Assembly: GCA_002373875.1 (NCBI GenBank)
Contig: DFKQ01000060.1
Span: forward strand, 12,993-76,992
DNA length: 64,000 bases
Direction: 5' to 3'
DNA from: Lachnospiraceae bacterium UBA3641
GTDB lineage: Bacteria; Bacillota; Clostridia; Lachnospirales; Lachnospiraceae
Part shown: in pieces, positions 1 through 8,982 of the stretch
Numbering within the stretch: position 1 is the first letter of the stretch
Layout of the letters: each line of letters starts with the position of its first letter
Position numbers and translations under genes: made by a program
Notes under the pieces: generated by a model
The model's input: the letters and a program-made list of their open reading frames with translations, nothing else
Database searches by the model: none
What the model was told of the DNA's origin: nothing

Positions 1-735
1 CAGCTTGGCCATTTCAACCATGAAGCACTCAAAAAAATACAGGGGACTGTATCCGTTATCCCGGTATATCCCATACTTTATCTTCACTCTTTTAAGAGCC
101 TTTTTCAGGTTTCTTTCATGCGAGGTACCGTTCATGGTAAAGTCAGCTATGACCACGTTTCTCACTACCGTTTTTGCCCCGGCTTTTCGAAGTCTTAAAA
201 CAAGATCATAGTCATCATGTATCGTCTCATTTCTGTATTTATATTTTTTATAAATATCTCCCGTAATAAAGGTCGTCGGATGATTCCAGTCTCTCGATGT
301 TGCGTATCTCCTGTATCTTGCCTTCTTGACAAAGGTTCCTCCCGATGGCATATGCATCAGAAGATCCGCGTAAAACATATCGAAGGGTTCCTCCGTATAT
401 GTCTTAACTACAGTCTCCACTGCACAGGGCTCATACCAGTCATCCGAATTGATCATCCCTATTATATCACCGGAAGCCATCCCTATACCCTTATTCATGG
501 CATCATAGATCCCCTCGTCCGGTTCCGATACTATCCTGTATCCGATACCCCTTTCTTCGAACGCCTGTCGATACCCCTCTGCAATATCAAGAGTATCATC
601 CTTCGACATACCGTCAACAATTATGTATTCGAGAGGACTCACCGTCTGTGCAAGAACAGATTCGACGGTCCTTGTCAGAGTAGCGGCGCTGTTATAGGTT
701 ACGGTTATTATCGAGACGGAAATATTATTTGTCAC
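1..735 (-). CDS. Family 2 (GT-A) glycosyltransferase, 3' end cut by the window edge
   Basis: Not in the ORF track because it runs off the left edge. My minus-strand translation starts at GTG 735. It reads VTNNISVSIITVTYNSAATLTRTVESVLAQT..EYIIVDGMSKDDT..DEGIYDAMNKG..MINSDDWY, a typical GT2 N-terminal fold signature. It overlaps the upstream stop by 11 nt. Confidence 0.75.
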   Translation of the reverse strand, partial: MTNNISVSIITVTYNSAATLTRTVESVLAQTVSPLEYIIVDGMSKDDTLDIAEGYRQAFEERGIGYRIVSEPDEGIYDAMNKGIGMASGDIIGMINSDDWYEPCAVETVVKTYTEEPFDMFYADLLMHMPSGGTFVKKARYRRYATSRDWNHPTTFITGDIYKKYKYRNETIHDDYDLVLRLRKAGAKTVVRNVVIADFTMNGTSHERNLKKALKRVKIKYGIYRDNGYSPLYFFECFMVEMAKL

Positions 736-2071
736 CGAAGGCCTCCGTCGATTCCTCTGCCTTAAATATCACCATAACGGTCTGGAAGAGAAGCTGTATG
801 TCCTTTATCAGGGAATAATTCTCAATATACATAAGATCAAGCATAAGCTTATCCTTTGATGATGTATTATACTTACCGAATATCTGGGCATATCCGGTAA
901 GACCTGCCTTCATCCTGAGCCTGTAGCGGAACTCCGGAAGCTCCTTCTCGTAATCCTTAACGTTTTCAAGCATTTCGGGACGTGGCCCCACCAAAGACAT
1001 ATCCCCCTTAACTATGTTCATAAGCTGGGGGAGCTCATCTATCCTGTACTTCCGAAGGACCCTGCCTACCGGAGTGATTCTGTCATCATCCTTGATCACC
1101 GACCGGTTCTCTACGTTTTCCTTCATTGTCCTGAACTTGTATATTTCAAAAACCCGTCCGTTGGCTGTTGCCCTTTTCTGCCGGAACAATACCTTGCCCC
1201 CGTCATTTTTCTTAATGCAAACAGCACTTACAAGCAATACCGGACTTAAGAGAATGAGCAGTGCCGCAGATATTATGATATCAGTAAGTCTCTTCACTAT
1301 CCTCTGTTCCCAGGAGATAAGGTGGAACTGCCAGGCGTAGAAGGATATGTCATCCATTATCATCTGCTGGGAATTGTGTTCAAGTATGTCGGCCACATTC
1401 GGATTATAGTAAATATTCTTCAGGTTCTGATAACACCAGTCGATGATATCTTTTCTTATATCAACCGGGACTTCATACATGATCACCGTATCCGACTCAA
1501 CTATCTTGTCCTTAAGAGCCGGATCGTCACTCTTTATAATATCGTAAACCGCATATCTTCTTGACAGATCACAGAGGGCTGCTACAACCCTGCTCACATC
1601 ATTATCACCGGTTCCTGTTACAACAAGGCATCTCTCCGGATCATTGATCCAGAAATAAAATCTGTTTCCGAGCTTTACGAAAACATAATAAATAAAAAAC
1701 TGTATTACCATCACCGAAATAAGTATCCCGACATTTTCTATCTTAAAGGTTGAGTTATTAGCCTCATTAGTCTTCATGATGGTAAGCTCGAAGTAGGTTA
1801 TAAGGTCAGTGATTATTCCCGATATCGTCAGCGATAAAAGGATATCCTTGTCCTTCTTCATTCCTATGGCATAGCTTCCGTATGTCCCCGACAACAGCAC
1901 AAGGATTATCGCATAGGTGGACATTGTTACCGCCGCAGTACGCGAAAGGACTATTATCTCCCTGTTATCTATTGCAAAGAGAAGAAAAAAAGTTGCAAAG
2001 GCAGCCGCATACATAACTATCTTCAATGCGAATACTATACTTTTTTCGAATTTCTTCATGAAACTTTTCAT
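725..2071 (-). CDS. Polyprenyl-phosphate glycosyl-1-phosphate transferase (WbaP/EpsE-type priming transferase)
   Basis: 448 aa. N-terminal TM helices, then a C-terminal bacterial sugar transferase domain (YKFRTM..RIDELPQLMNIVKGDMSLVGPRPE..AGLTGYAQ). Paralogue of 41439-42836. Confidence 0.9.
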   Translation of the reverse strand: MKSFMKKFEKSIVFALKIVMYAAAFATFFLLFAIDNREIIVLSRTAAVTMSTYAIILVLLSGTYGSYAIGMKKDKDILLSLTISGIITDLITYFELTIMKTNEANNSTFKIENVGILISVMVIQFFIYYVFVKLGNRFYFWINDPERCLVVTGTGDNDVSRVVAALCDLSRRYAVYDIIKSDDPALKDKIVESDTVIMYEVPVDIRKDIIDWCYQNLKNIYYNPNVADILEHNSQQMIMDDISFYAWQFHLISWEQRIVKRLTDIIISAALLILLSPVLLVSAVCIKKNDGGKVLFRQKRATANGRVFEIYKFRTMKENVENRSVIKDDDRITPVGRVLRKYRIDELPQLMNIVKGDMSLVGPRPEMLENVKDYEKELPEFRYRLRMKAGLTGYAQIFGKYNTSSKDKLMLDLMYIENYSLIKDIQLLFQTVMVIFKAEESTEAFGDK

Positions 2072-2076
2072 ATCTT

Positions 2077-3675
2077 TTATAATGCTTCATACACATTCTG
2101 TATGTATTCAAGGAACCGGTATTCCTTACTGTAAAGCTGGGCCCTTCTTAAACACATCTCCCTTGTATAGCACTGTCCCCCGCTGTCAAGTATCTTATCG
2201 ATTGCCGCCACAATTCCCTGAATCGAGTTCCTCTCAACAGCCTCTCCGCAGGTTTCGTCGATACTCTCCGGGCTTCCTCCGGCCTTATAGGTTATTACCG
2301 GCGTTCCGCATGCCAGTGCCTCCAGGTTTGTCGTGGGGAAGGTATCTTCAAGCGTCAGATTTATATAAATATCGGCCATGGAGTAAAGGGCTGCCAGCTC
2401 CTCTGTGCTGTCAGTTTTTTTAAGCCCTATTATTCCTCCCTTAAGTCCGTCCATCTGCTTATCATTAAGGCCCACAAGTATTATAGCGTATCTGTCCGTA
2501 AGGGTCTTTGAAAGCATATCAAACTGGGCAAGTCCCTTCCTGTCCCGCCAGGGATTGGCAACTCCCAAAAGAATGATCTTATTTCTAAGCCCCAGCTCAT
2601 TTTTAATATTAAACACAAGGTTATCCTCCGATACATTCTCATCATGAGGATAAAACTGCGCAAGATCTATTCCGGTCGGTACCACAACCACCGGATACTC
2701 CTTAAGAAATGACTGCTCCACCTTTTCCTTAAGCCACCGTGAGGGCGTCACCAGCGTGAGGTTATCTATTCCCGTGAAGAGCTGCTTCTTATCTTCGTAA
2801 TTCCCGGCCGAACTGTCGGTACCGAAGGATCTTGGGTACTCTCTCAACTGTTCGCATTTATAGCAGCCGTTCATCCACTTGGTACAGCCTATATATTCAA
2901 AATGGCTGCAGTGACCCGTAAAGGCCCAGCAGTCATGCAGAGTCCATATTATCTTCTTGCCGCAGGTCTGCAGATACTCAAACAGCACATCAAGGTTCAG
3001 ATAATAACCATGAATGTTATGGAGATGGATTATATCCGGATCGTATTCCTGCACCATATCAATAAAATCCATCGTAGCACGTCTTGAATAAAATCCATGC
3101 CTGTCAAAGAGCCTGCTCATCGCACCGTGTACGTAAACATCCATATCGGTTCCTATCCGGTATGCCCGTACATCAGATGGAGCCTCTCCCCTGCCGTAGG
3201 CAACAAGACATTCATACCCCGCCGCCGTAAGGGTATGATACAGCCCAACCACGAGCCGCCCGACACTTCCCGTACCGCAAACAGTGTTTATGAGCAGCAC
3301 CTTCCTCCCGGCAAAACCGTTCATTGCCGTAGCCGCATGAGACATCCTGGAATCGATGACCTCTCTGGGAACAATGGGCTGAACAGGGATGGCATTACCC
3401 GCGTATATATTATCCATATTTCCGTTAAGAGATATGGCTGAGGCATCATGCATTGAAGGCATTTCGGAAACAAACTGTCTCGCATTCTCCCTGATGATCT
3501 CGCCCTGTATATCCTGCTGCCTTAAATACTCCTGTTTAAGCTCTTCCTGTCTTGCTAAATATTCCTGTCTTCTCTGCTCCTCCTGCTGTTCCATGAGGAT
3601 CCGCGCATCCAGAAGGTCCTGGTCGTACTCCTTCCGGACATCTATCATTTGAAACTCTTTTTTATCCATCCGCAT
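2077..3675 (-). CDS. GT4-type (group 1) glycosyltransferase with a ~130-aa Q/E/R-rich N-terminal extension
   Basis: 532 aa. The core reads LLINTVCGTGSVGR..IIHLHNIHGYYLN..EDTFPTTNLEALACGTPVI (GT-B fold with an EX7E-like motif). The N-terminus EQQEEQRRQEYLARQEELKQEYLRQQ looks coiled-coil. Confidence 0.8.
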   Translation of the reverse strand: MRMDKKEFQMIDVRKEYDQDLLDARILMEQQEEQRRQEYLARQEELKQEYLRQQDIQGEIIRENARQFVSEMPSMHDASAISLNGNMDNIYAGNAIPVQPIVPREVIDSRMSHAATAMNGFAGRKVLLINTVCGTGSVGRLVVGLYHTLTAAGYECLVAYGRGEAPSDVRAYRIGTDMDVYVHGAMSRLFDRHGFYSRRATMDFIDMVQEYDPDIIHLHNIHGYYLNLDVLFEYLQTCGKKIIWTLHDCWAFTGHCSHFEYIGCTKWMNGCYKCEQLREYPRSFGTDSSAGNYEDKKQLFTGIDNLTLVTPSRWLKEKVEQSFLKEYPVVVVPTGIDLAQFYPHDENVSEDNLVFNIKNELGLRNKIILLGVANPWRDRKGLAQFDMLSKTLTDRYAIILVGLNDKQMDGLKGGIIGLKKTDSTEELAALYSMADIYINLTLEDTFPTTNLEALACGTPVITYKAGGSPESIDETCGEAVERNSIQGIVAAIDKILDSGGQCYTREMCLRRAQLYSKEYRFLEYIQNVYEAL

Positions 3676-3696
3676 ATTACCCGGTGAGTCAAGCGT

Positions 3697-5343
3697 TTAC
3701 TCTTCATCATCCGTATCATTAAGAATAAGGTGTATAACTCTTTCCTGCCCCTTGGAGAAATCCTTAAGAAGCTGAAGCCTTCTCATCTCGGATCTTACAT
3801 TCGGGGTCATTATCAGCCACTTTATGGTTGATATTATCGTGGAATCATCCTGTTCCCTTCCGATACCGAGATTGATGAAGCCGTTCTGTATTCCGGCAAA
3901 GACATGCTCAGCCTCACGCTCGTTCTGAGCAAGCACCACTGACGGAACACCCATGCTCGCAAGCTCGAATACGGTCCTTCCCTGTGAAGTTACCGCCAGA
4001 TCGGCCTTACTCATATAAGAGCTTACACGCCTCACATCATTATGTACGAAGATATTGTTCTCTTCATCCGTAACTATTTTGTCCTTATGCTCGTAAGCAA
4101 ACCCAAGAAGAAAATGGAACCTGATCTTCTTATACTCCTTGTGTATCTCCTTTACCACCTTATACAGCCTGCCCGTAAGGTCGCTGGGATCGGCACCGCC
4201 GAAAATGATGATCATGTTCTCCACCTTTTCGGAAAACTCCGAAGGCTCCTCCTCCAGAAATTCATCCCTTATGCAGAAATATCTGGAACCGTAATACTCA
4301 TTGTGGAGCTTCTCGCCCTTCTCATACAGGGCATTTATGACGGCATCCGCATACTTGGCTCCCGGACCTACATCCTCGAAGTTAACTACCCTTCCCGCAT
4401 ATCTGTTCACCATTGTCATGTAGGCAACGGATGTGTCCAATATATCGTTCACCAGGATATCCGGCCTCTCCCTGTCAAGCACCCTTTCAAAGTCATCCTC
4501 ATCATCAACGACTATAAGCGGGAAATTGGATTCATTTATCTTGTCTATACCTATATCACTGTCCTTATCCGCAACAAACACAATGTCATGACCCGTAAGC
4601 TTATAAGCCAGTGTAAGACACCTGTATATATGCCCCATACCAAGCTTCATCTTACCCACCGTCCTGAACATTATCCTCTTGCGTCTCAGTATATTCTCAC
4701 ACAGGACCCAGTCGGAATAGGTATCAATATCCACAGCCTCATCCTCGGGGATCTCAAAAATATTGACCTTCTTACCGATACGGCCTGTTTCGGTAACGCA
4801 TTCCCTTCTGGTTATGAGGAAGCCGCCCGTCTCAACATAATTGGCGGGAAGCTCCTGGGAATTAAGACGCTTATCATAATTCTTGACTATCTGTCCATCC
4901 TTAACGGACCATGACAGGTGTGGCTTGTTCATGGCGCTTATTACCGTGTCCCACCCGGAGCCTTCGAAGAATTCAACGGCGTTTTTTACGGTCTCTGCCT
5001 TAAGGGTCGGAGAAGTACACTGCATGGTGATCACAGTGTCATATCTGCACCTCTTCTTCTCCTCCATACAGGTAAGGGCATGATAGATAACCGGGTCAAG
5101 GGTAACCGAATCCGTTGCCAGCTCTGCCGGCCTTGCAATAACCTCAACCCCACGTTTCCTGACTATTCCCCCAAGCTCCTCATCATCCGTGGATACCGCA
5201 ACATCCACATCCATGTACTTCTTAAGGGATCTGGCATTCTCTATTGAATAAACGATAAGGGGCTTGCCGCACATGATGCGGACGTTCTTTCTCGGTATGC
5301 GTTTCGAACCACCCCTTGCCGGTATGATTATCAGTGATTTCAT
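3697..5343 (-). CDS. Fusion protein: CMP-sugar cytidylyltransferase domain (SpsF/PseF/NeuA-like) plus PseG/SpsG-like GT28-type C-terminal domain
   Basis: 548 aa. The N-terminus IIPARGGSKRIPRKNV is the acylneuraminate cytidylyltransferase signature. The C-terminal half (GMGHIYRCLTLAYKL...IIFGGADPSDLT...SQGRTVFELASMGVP) resembles PseG/SpsG. Confidence 0.7.
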   Translation of the reverse strand: MKSLIIIPARGGSKRIPRKNVRIMCGKPLIVYSIENARSLKKYMDVDVAVSTDDEELGGIVRKRGVEVIARPAELATDSVTLDPVIYHALTCMEEKKRCRYDTVITMQCTSPTLKAETVKNAVEFFEGSGWDTVISAMNKPHLSWSVKDGQIVKNYDKRLNSQELPANYVETGGFLITRRECVTETGRIGKKVNIFEIPEDEAVDIDTYSDWVLCENILRRKRIMFRTVGKMKLGMGHIYRCLTLAYKLTGHDIVFVADKDSDIGIDKINESNFPLIVVDDEDDFERVLDRERPDILVNDILDTSVAYMTMVNRYAGRVVNFEDVGPGAKYADAVINALYEKGEKLHNEYYGSRYFCIRDEFLEEEPSEFSEKVENMIIIFGGADPSDLTGRLYKVVKEIHKEYKKIRFHFLLGFAYEHKDKIVTDEENNIFVHNDVRRVSSYMSKADLAVTSQGRTVFELASMGVPSVVLAQNEREAEHVFAGIQNGFINLGIGREQDDSTIISTIKWLIMTPNVRSEMRRLQLLKDFSKGQERVIHLILNDTDDEE

Positions 5344-5416
5344 CTTTTCCTCTCTCTTATTATATTCAGAACAGATTCCGAATATTTAACTTCATTAGTA
5401 TATAGAATCCTTGAAA

Positions 5417-6853
5417 CTAAGTCAAATGCAGCCGTTTTCTGATATAATCCGCAAGCAGCCTGACATCCCTTCTGTTAATTACCGCAAACAGAGTCAGGGT
5501 CACGGCCGCGACCGAATATCTCATTACGATCATCTTCCTTCCGTCCCTGTAGAAGCAGCACATGGCAATACCTGCCGCCATACACACCCCCATTGCGGCA
5601 AACATGTAGGAATTGGCGTACACCCTTTCCTTAATAACATATGTAACTGCGATGTAATGAAAGAGCATGAGCAGGAGGTAACTTGCAAGCGTGGTATAGG
5701 CCGCAGCCACATAACCGTATCTGGGGATCATTACGGCATTCATTATGGTGTTGGCTATCGCTGCCATAACGGATGCTACAGCGATTATCGGTGTCCGTTT
5801 GAAGAAGAGTTCAATGTTAACGTAATTGGTATAGAAATACTGGGCCAGGGTTCCCAGCGCCACCGGAGGGATCACCCACTTCGCCACCCAATAATCTCTG
5901 GCCCTCGGAGCAAGAAGCATAAGGGCTTCGGGGGCTGCCGTTATAAAGCCGAGGGATAAGAAGCAACCCAAAAGGACCAGCTTTTTCTGAAGCTGTCTGA
6001 TCCTGTCACGGTTACCCGATGCCAGCTGGTCATTGAGCCAGGGAAGCCAGGCCTGACCTATCGCATTTGTAAATATTGCAAGCAGGGTTGAAATGGAGTA
6101 ACCGTAAATATACAGGCCGGCGTCCGCATCCGAGCACATATTCTTGATCATGATCCTGTCGATCTGGGCAAGTACCACGAGAGCCAGCGCATGAGGGATC
6201 ATCGGAAGGCCAATCCTTAAGGCATATCTCCAGTACTCCCGTTTGTAAAAGACCTTACCCTTTTTCAGTATGTTTATATAAAAACATATGCCCATAAGAA
6301 ATGTGGGAAGGATAGTACCCAGGATCTTGCCGATATATCTTTTATCATTGAAAAGATACATAAGTGTAATGGACAGTGCCACGGTTCCCACACAGGTTAT
6401 TACGGATATGGCTATGTTTTCCCTGTATTTATACTCGAACCTGCATTTCTCCTGCATGTACTGAACCGACGGATAGATGACAAGATAAGCAAAGAGAGCC
6501 ATCACAAGGGGGACCTCATACTTTATAATACCCGATATCTGCTCCCTGAAGACGGTCACGGTGATAAGCACACAAAAAGCGAAGGAGCTTGAGAGTCCCT
6601 GCATTGCGGACATATATTCATCAAACTTCTCCTTAAAATCTATCTTGGCCCTGCCTACAGAATAAACAACGCACAGGCAGGTTATTATATTGAACACTTC
6701 AACATATGAATTAAAGGTATTGGCGCGGCCGTAATCACCGGTCGTGAGCATTGCGGTATAGATCGGACTCGTAATTATGGCAACCGCTCTTATGGCTATG
6801 CTTGACAGGGTATACCAGATACCGCTCTTCAACACCAGATTCTTCTCGGACAT
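5417..6853 (-). CDS. wzx: Wzx-type oligosaccharide flippase (MOP superfamily)
   Basis: 478 aa with about 12-14 predicted TM helices. The N-terminus (LKSGIWYTLSSIAIRAVAIITSPIYTAMLTTGDYG) is typical of polysaccharide flippases, and the gene sits in a glycan locus. Confidence 0.85.
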   Translation of the reverse strand: MSEKNLVLKSGIWYTLSSIAIRAVAIITSPIYTAMLTTGDYGRANTFNSYVEVFNIITCLCVVYSVGRAKIDFKEKFDEYMSAMQGLSSSFAFCVLITVTVFREQISGIIKYEVPLVMALFAYLVIYPSVQYMQEKCRFEYKYRENIAISVITCVGTVALSITLMYLFNDKRYIGKILGTILPTFLMGICFYINILKKGKVFYKREYWRYALRIGLPMIPHALALVVLAQIDRIMIKNMCSDADAGLYIYGYSISTLLAIFTNAIGQAWLPWLNDQLASGNRDRIRQLQKKLVLLGCFLSLGFITAAPEALMLLAPRARDYWVAKWVIPPVALGTLAQYFYTNYVNIELFFKRTPIIAVASVMAAIANTIMNAVMIPRYGYVAAAYTTLASYLLLMLFHYIAVTYVIKERVYANSYMFAAMGVCMAAGIAMCCFYRDGRKMIVMRYSVAAVTLTLFAVINRRDVRLLADYIRKRLHLT

Positions 6854-6893
6854 TTATATAATTCTTTACCTTATATTCACTAAAATGCTATAC

Positions 6894-6928
6894 TATAGCA
6901 AACGAAATAAACAATTTCGTTCATTTTA
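6894..6928. promoter_or_regulatory. Palindrome TATAGCAAACGAAAT-N5-ATTTCGTTCATTTTA in the divergent wzx / moxR-like promoter region
   Basis: Read directly. The core arm AACGAAAT/ATTTCGTT is perfect. About 30 of 35 positions match a second copy at 34882-34916. It overlaps candidate promoters: plus strand TAAACA-17-TATAAC, and a minus-strand extended -10 TGTTATAAT at 6929-6937. Confidence 0.35.
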
Positions 6929-6967
6929 ATTATAACATAAACCGTTAAAGGACGAAAGATAAACGAC

Positions 6968-7891
6968 ATGAACGAAAACCTGATCGCAGTCAAAAATGAA
7001 ATAAAAAAGGTTCTTCGAGGCAAGGACGATATAATCGACATGGTCCTGTGTACCCTGCTGGCAGGAGGACACATACTCCTCGAGGACATCCCGGGCGTCG
7101 GCAAGACAACTCTTGCGGTTGCCCTGTCAAGATCCCTGGGCATCGGATATAAGAGGATGCAGTTTACACCTGATGTCCTCCCCTCCGATATTCTTGGCTT
7201 TTCAATGTATGACAGGGATAAAAATGACTTTACCTTTAAACCGGGAGCCGTATTTACCAACCTCTTCCTCGCGGATGAGATCAACCGTACATCACCCAAG
7301 ACTCAGGCCGCCCTTCTGGAGGTAATGGAGGAGAGACGCGTTACGGTTGAATCAACCACCTATAAGCTTAAATCTCCCTTTTTCGTAATAGCTACCCAGA
7401 ACCCCATAGGAGCCTCGGGAACCCAAAAGCTTCCCGATTCCCAGCTGGACCGGTTCTTCGTCCGTCTTACCCTGGGATATCCAGACCATCTGGCTGCCAC
7501 CGAGATCCTTAAGGGTAATTCATTTGAATCAATTGATTCGGTTAACAGGGTCATGGATGCAGGATCCATCATCGCTCTTCAGGCACAGGCCGCGAATGTT
7601 CATGCATCCGATGAGATATTCGATTATGTTGTGTCACTGAGTGAAGCTACCAGAAATACCGATATGCTCATTCAGGGAGTTTCACCCCGCGGCTCAATTG
7701 CCGTCTTAAAGCTCGCAAGGGCTTACGCCTGCTACGAGGGACGTGATTTCGTCATTCCCGAGGATATACACAGGGTAATACACCCTGTATGCAACCACCG
7801 CATAATATTGTCCACGAAGGCCAAGGCTTCAGGCAAGAGCGCCGAAGATATCATCAGTGATCTTCTTGATTTTGTTCCCGTACCGGTGTGA
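6968..7891 (+). CDS. MoxR-family AAA+ ATPase
   Basis: 307 aa. Walker A LLEDIPGVGKTTLA, Walker B FLADEINR, and the AAA_3 pattern VIATQNP..G...LP..QLDRF. Confidence 0.9.
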   Translation: MNENLIAVKNEIKKVLRGKDDIIDMVLCTLLAGGHILLEDIPGVGKTTLAVALSRSLGIGYKRMQFTPDVLPSDILGFSMYDRDKNDFTFKPGAVFTNLFLADEINRTSPKTQAALLEVMEERRVTVESTTYKLKSPFFVIATQNPIGASGTQKLPDSQLDRFFVRLTLGYPDHLAATEILKGNSFESIDSVNRVMDAGSIIALQAQAANVHASDEIFDYVVSLSEATRNTDMLIQGVSPRGSIAVLKLARAYACYEGRDFVIPEDIHRVIHPVCNHRIILSTKAKASGKSAEDIISDLLDFVPVPV

Positions 7892-8982
7892 GGAAGTTCC
7901 GTTTGAAAACACTCCATTCGAAAACATCACAGGATAAATTGATAAAACGCCGCCGTATTCTGGGCTGGTTCCTCCAAAAGACCAACTCGCCCGTTTCGGC
8001 GTGGGTATCTTATATAAGTGTATTTATCTTCTCCCTGCTTTTTTCTTTTTTCTATCTGCAGTCATTTTTCTATCTTATATCCATACTGCTCATAAGCCTT
8101 CCTGTTCTGTCATATAACATTACGAAATATGCATCGGGTAAGCTTACCGTATCACTCGAGCTGACTACGGACCTTCTTACACTTGGCATAAACAATCCCA
8201 CTTTTATACCGGTATCATGTGCGGATATAACGATCGACTTTTATTCGCTCTTCTACGGAGGGTATGAAAGCGAAACCCATTCCCTGTCGCTTAAGGCCCG
8301 GGGGATAAGCAGGCTGGACTTCCCTCTGCGGCTTGAAAAATACGGGATATACGAGGCTCATGCCGGTAATATGACCCTATACGATCCTCTTCATCTGTTC
8401 ACATTCGTGAAGGATATTAAGCTCACCGGGTCAATAACCCTGATGCCGGAAGCGATCCCTCTTGAAAAAAGGGTGGAAATAGTTTATGAGGAGGGCTTTG
8501 ATGAATTTACCGATACCGGCCGCAAGGGTAATGCTTCAAGCAACGTAACCGACATCCGGGAGTACCGGCCCGGAGACCGGCTGTCAAGGATCCACTGGAA
8601 GCTTACCGAAAAGCTCGATACACTTATAGTCAAGGAAAATGAAGCTACCTCATCCAATGACTTTACTGTCCTTCTGGAGCTGTACCAGCCTTCCCGTGAA
8701 GATTGCGATAAGGATCCTTCCCTGACCAGCACGCTTAACAACGCGATCAGGGAAGCCATGGCTGTATCGGACGAACTCCTCCGGGCAGGCGAACCATTTA
8801 TTTTTATGTTCTACAATGAGAAGGCTTCTGACTTTGTACAATTCAGGATAAATACGGAAGATGATCTTAATGAGGCGATGACACAGGCCTTCTACGCAGG
8901 CTGTTACGATAAGAAGGATCTGGCATTATCAATATACCGGAAATCCGGCCAGGATAAAGGAACCCTTATACATGTTAACTGA
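7888..8982 (+). CDS. DUF58-domain protein (MoxR partner)
   Basis: 364 aa. N-terminal TM helices and the DUF58 signature DIREYRPGDRLSRIHWK. The GTG start overlaps the moxR-like stop (GTGA). Confidence 0.85.
   Translation: MRKFRLKTLHSKTSQDKLIKRRRILGWFLQKTNSPVSAWVSYISVFIFSLLFSFFYLQSFFYLISILLISLPVLSYNITKYASGKLTVSLELTTDLLTLGINNPTFIPVSCADITIDFYSLFYGGYESETHSLSLKARGISRLDFPLRLEKYGIYEAHAGNMTLYDPLHLFTFVKDIKLTGSITLMPEAIPLEKRVEIVYEEGFDEFTDTGRKGNASSNVTDIREYRPGDRLSRIHWKLTEKLDTLIVKENEATSSNDFTVLLELYQPSREDCDKDPSLTSTLNNAIREAMAVSDELLRAGEPFIFMFYNEKASDFVQFRINTEDDLNEAMTQAFYAGCYDKKDLALSIYRKSGQDKGTLIHVN

Noticed and set aside
4042-4914. 290-aa plus-strand ORF. There are many similar long antisense ORFs, for example 217-765, 5411-5959, 12193-12882, 13353-14042, 35257-35913, 37680-38477, 43992-44504, 48008-48544, 49982-50482, 56740-57330 and 59155-59745.
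   Set aside because: Each lies wholly inside, or antisense to, a gene with clear family motifs. None has an RBS, and their composition is biased in the way expected from reading a real gene backwards. I treat them as shadow ORFs.
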